Below, piece after piece: positions 60,280-64,000 of a DNA stretch of 64,000 nucleotides. The stretch spans positions 388,839 through 452,838 of the forward strand of contig CBDCRJ010000001.1 in NCBI GenBank assembly GCA_965221025.1, in the 5' to 3' direction. The stretch comes from Dehalococcoidia bacterium. Lineage in GTDB: Bacteria > Chloroflexota > Dehalococcoidia > Lucifugimonadales > UBA3495. How positions within the stretch are numbered: the stretch's first letter is position 1; each line of letters starts with the position of its first letter. Both the position numbers and the translations under genes were made by a program. Under the pieces are notes generated by a model. It was not told the DNA's origin, did not search any database, and saw nothing but the letters and a program-made list of their open reading frames with translations.

Positions 60280-60348
60280 CCGTATTCCCATAGGCATTGA
60301 CCGCTACTGCTCCGCCCTGTACTCTCTCGCTCACCATCCCGCTGACAC
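60280..60348 (+). repeat. 69-bp direct repeat, right copy
   Basis: See 60059-60127. Confidence 0.85.
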
Positions 60349-60472
60349 CCCCAGTTTAGCTTGCCTGTTTACTATCCGATACAATTCCTGATTAAATCAC
60401 AGCCTGATTAAATCACGGCCCCATCAGGCCAAGCCACTACTTCCCGGACGTAAGGAAAGGACCGCCTCCGCA

Positions 60473-60826
60473 ATGAAAAGGGCCACAGCCCGGCCCGCGC
60501 TGGCGCAGACTTCGCCTGAAAAAGACCGGGAATCGCTGACCGCCCTCTACAACGCCACCGGCCGGCCCGATTGGGATTACAATGATAACTGGCTGAGCGA
60601 CTAACCAATTGGCGAACGGCATGGGGTCACCAACTACGACAATGGCGGCGTCGTTGAACTGGACCTCGCCGCCAATCGGCTCAGCGTGGGGATACCGTGG
60701 GAGTTGGGGAACCTCAGGCTCGAGCCTCTGGGTCTCTCGGGTAACCCGTTGAGCGGGGGTATGCCCGCCCGATTGCGAAACCGGTTGTGGGATTACGATC
60801 TGAGCATTCTGGCGTTCTGCCTGTAG
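60473..60826 (+). pseudogene. Leucine-rich-repeat protein fragment with an in-frame TAA
   Basis: Hand translation: ...PEKDRESLTALYNATGRPDWDYNDNWLSD*PIGERHGVTNYDNGGVVELDLAANRLSVGIPWELGNLRLEPLGLSGNPLSGGMP.... The TAA is at 60602-60604. Neither half reaches the 60-aa track cutoff. Confidence 0.5.
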
Positions 60827-61094
60827 GTCGCCCGCAGCCGGCCCCGGAACGCACGGGGAGCGCGTGACGAAACGCCGTTTTCCCGGTACGCTCCGCTTTT
60901 TCGTGGCTCCTGCCCCGTTTTTTTGGATGGGACCATTTTTTGGATGAGACCAGTGGAAACCGGCAGACGTTATATCACTCTCCACGGGCCGCCGGGCCTG
61001 TTACTCTCAAGGCGTGCGATCATATGCCCGGGCCCGCGAACAAGCAACCGGCATCCCAGGGTTACCCGAAATTCATGGATGGGGCATACCGTAG

Positions 61095-62616
61095 ATGACG
61101 AAATCGCTAGTCTCACGTCCCTCTGTGTTTTTTAGAATTTTCGCCACTGCGCTGATTTTGCTGATCACCGTAGTGGCCTGTGATTCCAGCGAGCCGACGC
61201 CTCAACCTGATCCTGCCGGGAAGGTGGTCGAGTTGGGGCTGGCGTCCTCCACCAGTGTGAGCGAGCCGACGCCTCAACCCCCCGACAGCCGCCCCCCGGC
61301 CCACTTCTGACCAGGCCAAATCAGTTCCCTCACCTACCCATTCCCCCACGCCCTCACCCACTGTTCTGCCCACACCGGCGGCCACAGCCACGCCCACACC
61401 GGCACCCTCGGCTACCCCGGCGGCGGCGTCAGTTCCGATGGCCGTCCCTGCCCGGACGCCGGTTGCTGAAACTCCCGCCCCGGAGTCTCCCACCCCGGAA
61501 TCCCTCGTGCCGATGTCACCCTTAATGGACTCCTTGGCCGTCACGCCCCTCGCATTTGCCGATAGCCCTATCCTGTTCGCCGACTACGCCGGTTCTCGCG
61601 CGGCTACCGGCCTGGAAGGCGTCCAAGGAATCGACGACGTTTTATCCGCGGAAAATCCTGACGCAATGCGACGCATTTACGAGGGGATAGCAATTGATGT
61701 TGATTTCCTGTCCAGAACCGTCACCCTCAAGGACCGGATAGGGCTGGATGTTTACGCCTTTGACCGGAGCATTTGGTCTTCGGAGCCCAGGCATGAAGCT
61801 CCAGGTTTCCTGTTGATCCAAGGAAAATTCGACATCGAGAACGTCATCGATAATCTCATGGAGCTTGATTATACGAAAGACAGTCACATGGGAGCAGACT
61901 ACTACCGGCTTGGCGACGATTTCGGTTACTCCATCGCTCATCCCCTGCGGGGGTTGGGACTTACGCTGAACCGGGTGGCCTGGCTTGACCCGTGGCTGGC
62001 GGCGGCGCGTTCCACCGGAATAGTTGCTGGGCTGATCGACGTTCAACGCGGCCGGGCCTCTGGTCTCCTTACGAGTGAAAGCCACCGGGCGCTAGCTGAA
62101 GCGGTGGGGGAGGGCTTGACAAGCGGAGCCTTTCTGCCCCCGCAGTGGGTCTTGGAAAATTGGAACACGGTGAATACCGGGCCCGTGGAACGGTTGGACC
62201 GTTACATGAAGGGCGCTGGGAGATGGGACCGGCTGTCCCCCTACTCCTTGGCGTTGTTCGGCTACCGGGCCTGGGAGGACGCCGAAGAGACCGTGGTTGC
62301 CCTGTTTTATACCGACCCCACGGCGGCTGAGCACGACGCCCAAGAGTTGAAAAAGCGTTGGGACGGTTTTCACTATACCCTGATCGGTCTAATGGGAGGG
62401 ACCCAGGAAGTCCCGGCAACGGCGTCTTGTTCCCCCTTTTCCACTTCGGTTTTCCGGCAGCCTGCCTATTCGGTGCTGGTGGGAACCTGTCCCGTGCTCC
62501 GCAGCGAAGCACCCGACCCGACCGTACAGGGGCCTTCCCTGTGGTTATGGCTGTTCGGCGCCAGGGAACTCCAGTTTCTGGTCGGGGATTTGGACGACCT
62601 GAGAAACGAGCCTTGA
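61095..62616 (+). pseudogene. Uncharacterised putative lipoprotein, paralog 2 (frameshifted, or two ORFs)
   Basis: 61095..61310 encodes a signal peptide with lipobox (ALILLITVVAC) and a Pro/Thr linker. The main body is 61438..62616, in the +1 frame. That frame is open from 61261 and reads as a continuing Pro/Thr/Ala linker. Two C6 tracts (61278-61283 and 61292-61297) lie in the overlap. Confidence 0.6.
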
Positions 62617-62803
62617 CCTGGGCCGTCGTGAAATCCGGCCCCTCTCTCCAAGCGGGACCACAGGCTGGCCTCTTACTATGTGGTCGATTATCGTAGCGTA
62701 CGCTCTTGAAGCAGATTGTAAGCGGTAGCCTCCGGGGCCGTGATATTAGTCTGCATGGTAACTGTTCAGACTGGGGCGAGATGGGGTTTGGAGAGGATGG
62801 ATT

Positions 62804-63151
62804 AAAGGGCTTGGTAGGGTTGCGTTCTTGCAGGCCCCAGGTTCCGAACAAGGAAACCAGGATGCTCTTGGTCTCGCTCCCCTGCTCCGAACGGGTGCCG
62901 CCGCTGATCTTCCGACTCACCACCGGCGGGCGCAGGCTACGCTTCGCCGCGTTGTTGTTCGCGCTGGCCTTGGGCTCGGCGACGAAGGTGAACAGCTCCG
63001 GCAGGAAGCGTTCTACCCGCTGGCACAGCACCCTCATGGGCGCATTGCTGCCCACGTAAGGCTTACAGATGGACCATAGCCACTGCTGGTACTGTTTGTT
63101 GTGCTCTACCCGTTGGGCGCGCTTGCCTTGGCAAGCGATCAGCTGCCCGGT
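62804..63151 (-). pseudogene. IS66-family transposase C-terminal remnant
   Basis: The minus strand reads ...VERFLPELFTFVAEPKASANNNAAKRSLRPPVVSRKISGGTRSEQGSETKSILVSLFGTWGLQERNP. This matches the IS66 C-terminal pattern (LftFl..p.vp.tNN.aEr.lR..vv.RK.sgG.rs..G). There is no catalytic N-terminal part. The rest of track ORF 62069..63055 is antisense read-through. Confidence 0.6.
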
Positions 63152-63574
63152 TCAAGCGCTTTGGGGGCGGCGTTGTACAAAGACGATTTCTTCGTGGCCT
63201 ACGTAGCGGTCACGCATTTCTTCGAAGCGTTGAAACTTCTCGGGTTGGAACTCGGTGCGTTGGTAGTTGTCGTCGAGGTAGGGGTTGGGGAAGTAGCCCC
63301 GGAGCAGAGTCTCTTCTTTATCGTTGGAGAAGCGCACGTAAAAGGAGATCAGGTCGCCGTGGCTCTCGGCTTCGACGAACTGGATGCCGGATACGTCGTC
63401 GAGCTTGACGTGGAAATGCCAGTTGTCGGCCTCGATGGTGGCGTATCCGCCGCTGACCTCCGGCTCCTTAATACCCTTGGAGTTGTTCTCGCTAACCACG
63501 CCGCCACCGCCCACCACCCACATGACGGCCTCGTCGCGGGTCAGTTCTTTGATGATTTGCAGCGTCGATTCCAC
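63152..63574 (-). CDS. Hypothetical protein, possibly ChuX/HutX-like tetrapyrrole-binding
   Basis: 140 aa, GTG start, 63 nt downstream of cobN. The segment WHFHVKLDDVSGIQFVEAESHGDLISFYVRFSNDKEETLLRGYF resembles the ChuX/HutX pattern from memory only. Confidence 0.35.
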   Translation of the reverse strand: MESTLQIIKELTRDEAVMWVVGGGGVVSENNSKGIKEPEVSGGYATIEADNWHFHVKLDDVSGIQFVEAESHGDLISFYVRFSNDKEETLLRGYFPNPYLDDNYQRTEFQPEKFQRFEEMRDRYVGHEEIVFVQRRPQSA

Positions 63575-63637
63575 GTACGGCCTCCTCTGCCAACAATCGG
63601 TTCGCTGACCGCCGGTTTACCTGCCCACCGGCGAGGA

Positions 63638-64000
63638 TCAGGGTCCGGGCCCCTCTTGGCGGGCTTCAAGGTCCGCCTCCATTTGGAGCAGCATCTCCTG
63701 TAGCCGTTCTTTCATGTCTTCAGGCGGCGACTCCCACAATCCCCGCTCGATTGCCTCCAGCAGACGCTCCACGATGTCCCGCAGGGCCCAAGGGTTGCTC
63801 TGTTGAAAGAATTCCCGGGTCTCCGGGTCCATCACGTACGATTCGGTGAGGTCTTCGTACATCCAGTCTTCGATTACCTGGGCGGTGGCGTCGTAGCCGA
63901 ACATATAGTCCACTGTAGCCGAAAGTTCGAAGGCCCCTTTGTATCCGTGGCGCTTCATGGAGTCGATCCACTTGGGGTTCACGACGCGGGTGCGAAAAAC
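63638..64000 (-). CDS. cobN: CobN/Mg-chelatase H-family large subunit, C-terminal end (gene continues beyond the window)
   Basis: KWIDSMKRHGYKGAFELSATVDYMFGYDATAQVIEDWMYE...NPWALRDIVERLLEAIERGLW is the conserved CobN/BchH C-terminus. The frame is open to position 64000. Confidence 0.85.
   Translation of the reverse strand, partial: VFRTRVVNPKWIDSMKRHGYKGAFELSATVDYMFGYDATAQVIEDWMYEDLTESYVMDPETREFFQQSNPWALRDIVERLLEAIERGLWESPPEDMKERLQEMLLQMEADLEARQEGPGP

Noticed and set aside
59100-60350. Repeat-rich stretch as a possible CRISPR array.
   Set aside because: The repeats are hairpins or palindromes of differing sequence and orientation, without regularly spaced identical direct repeats or spacers. 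No cas genes are in the window.
62069-63055. 328-aa minus-strand ORF spanning the IS66 remnant and the lipoprotein gene.
   Set aside because: Only the first 85 or so codons (plus upstream in-frame sequence) look like an IS66 C-terminus. The remainder is antisense read-through of 61438..62616 with Pro/Arg-rich junk translation.
1-64000. tRNA, rRNA, tmRNA or other structured RNA genes in intergenic regions.
   Set aside because: Scanning the larger intergenic gaps by eye showed no cloverleaf-like tRNA sequence or rRNA-like segment. Only the cobalamin riboswitch was recognisable. A tRNAscan/Infernal run would be needed to exclude small RNAs.

Overview
This is a high-GC bacterial chromosomal window. 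Spot counts of 60-nt lines give about 65% GC in housekeeping genes and about 48-58% in the 17.4-18.6 kb ATPase gene. It holds roughly 60 genes. I saw no rRNA, tRNA or CRISPR array by eye. The backbone is housekeeping plus oxidative catabolism: plsX-fabG, L-2-hydroxyglutarate oxidase, two luciferase-like (LLM) flavin oxidoreductases, a Rieske ring-hydroxylating dioxygenase alpha/beta pair with a meta-cleavage-type hydrolase, a three-gene 2-oxoacid:ferredoxin oxidoreductase, an NfeD/SPFH pair, hpf, meaB, cysS fused to a GT2 domain, hisZ-hisG-x-hisD-hisC-hisB, two SDRs, birA and glyQS. There is also a cobalamin-riboswitch-controlled cbtB-cbtA-chlID unit, with cobN running off the right edge. The LLM/SDR/Rieske-rich gene mix resembles marine SAR202-type Chloroflexota, but that is inference only. 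Several accessory islets interrupt the backbone. (1) 12.7-18.6 kb: an ABC-type ATPase and a DUF4276-like ORF, an OLD/PARIS-like candidate defence pair. They are split by a 4,091-bp element bounded by perfect 25-bp inverted repeats. The element carries an IS6-like transposase and a methyltransferase-endonuclease fusion that is out of frame at a 13-G homopolymer. (2) 29.1-31.5 kb: a 222-bp duplication of the hpf 3' end brackets an unknown lipoprotein gene, which has a paralog at 61.1-62.6 kb. (3) 35.2-38.05 kb: an IS1202-group ISNCY element with a 16-bp target duplication, a Phd/VapC toxin-antitoxin pair and gene remnants. (4) Decayed hicAB-like loci at 44.2 kb and 55.0-55.5 kb. (5) 59-63.2 kb: a repeat-rich region that separates the cbt/chlID genes from cobN. 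It holds hairpin repeats, a 150-bp palindrome flanked by 69-bp direct repeats, an LRR fragment and an IS66 remnant. A roughly 60-70-bp 'CAGAG' palindromic element recurs four times, each time just upstream of a minus-strand start codon. All family assignments come from motif recognition by eye; no database search was possible.
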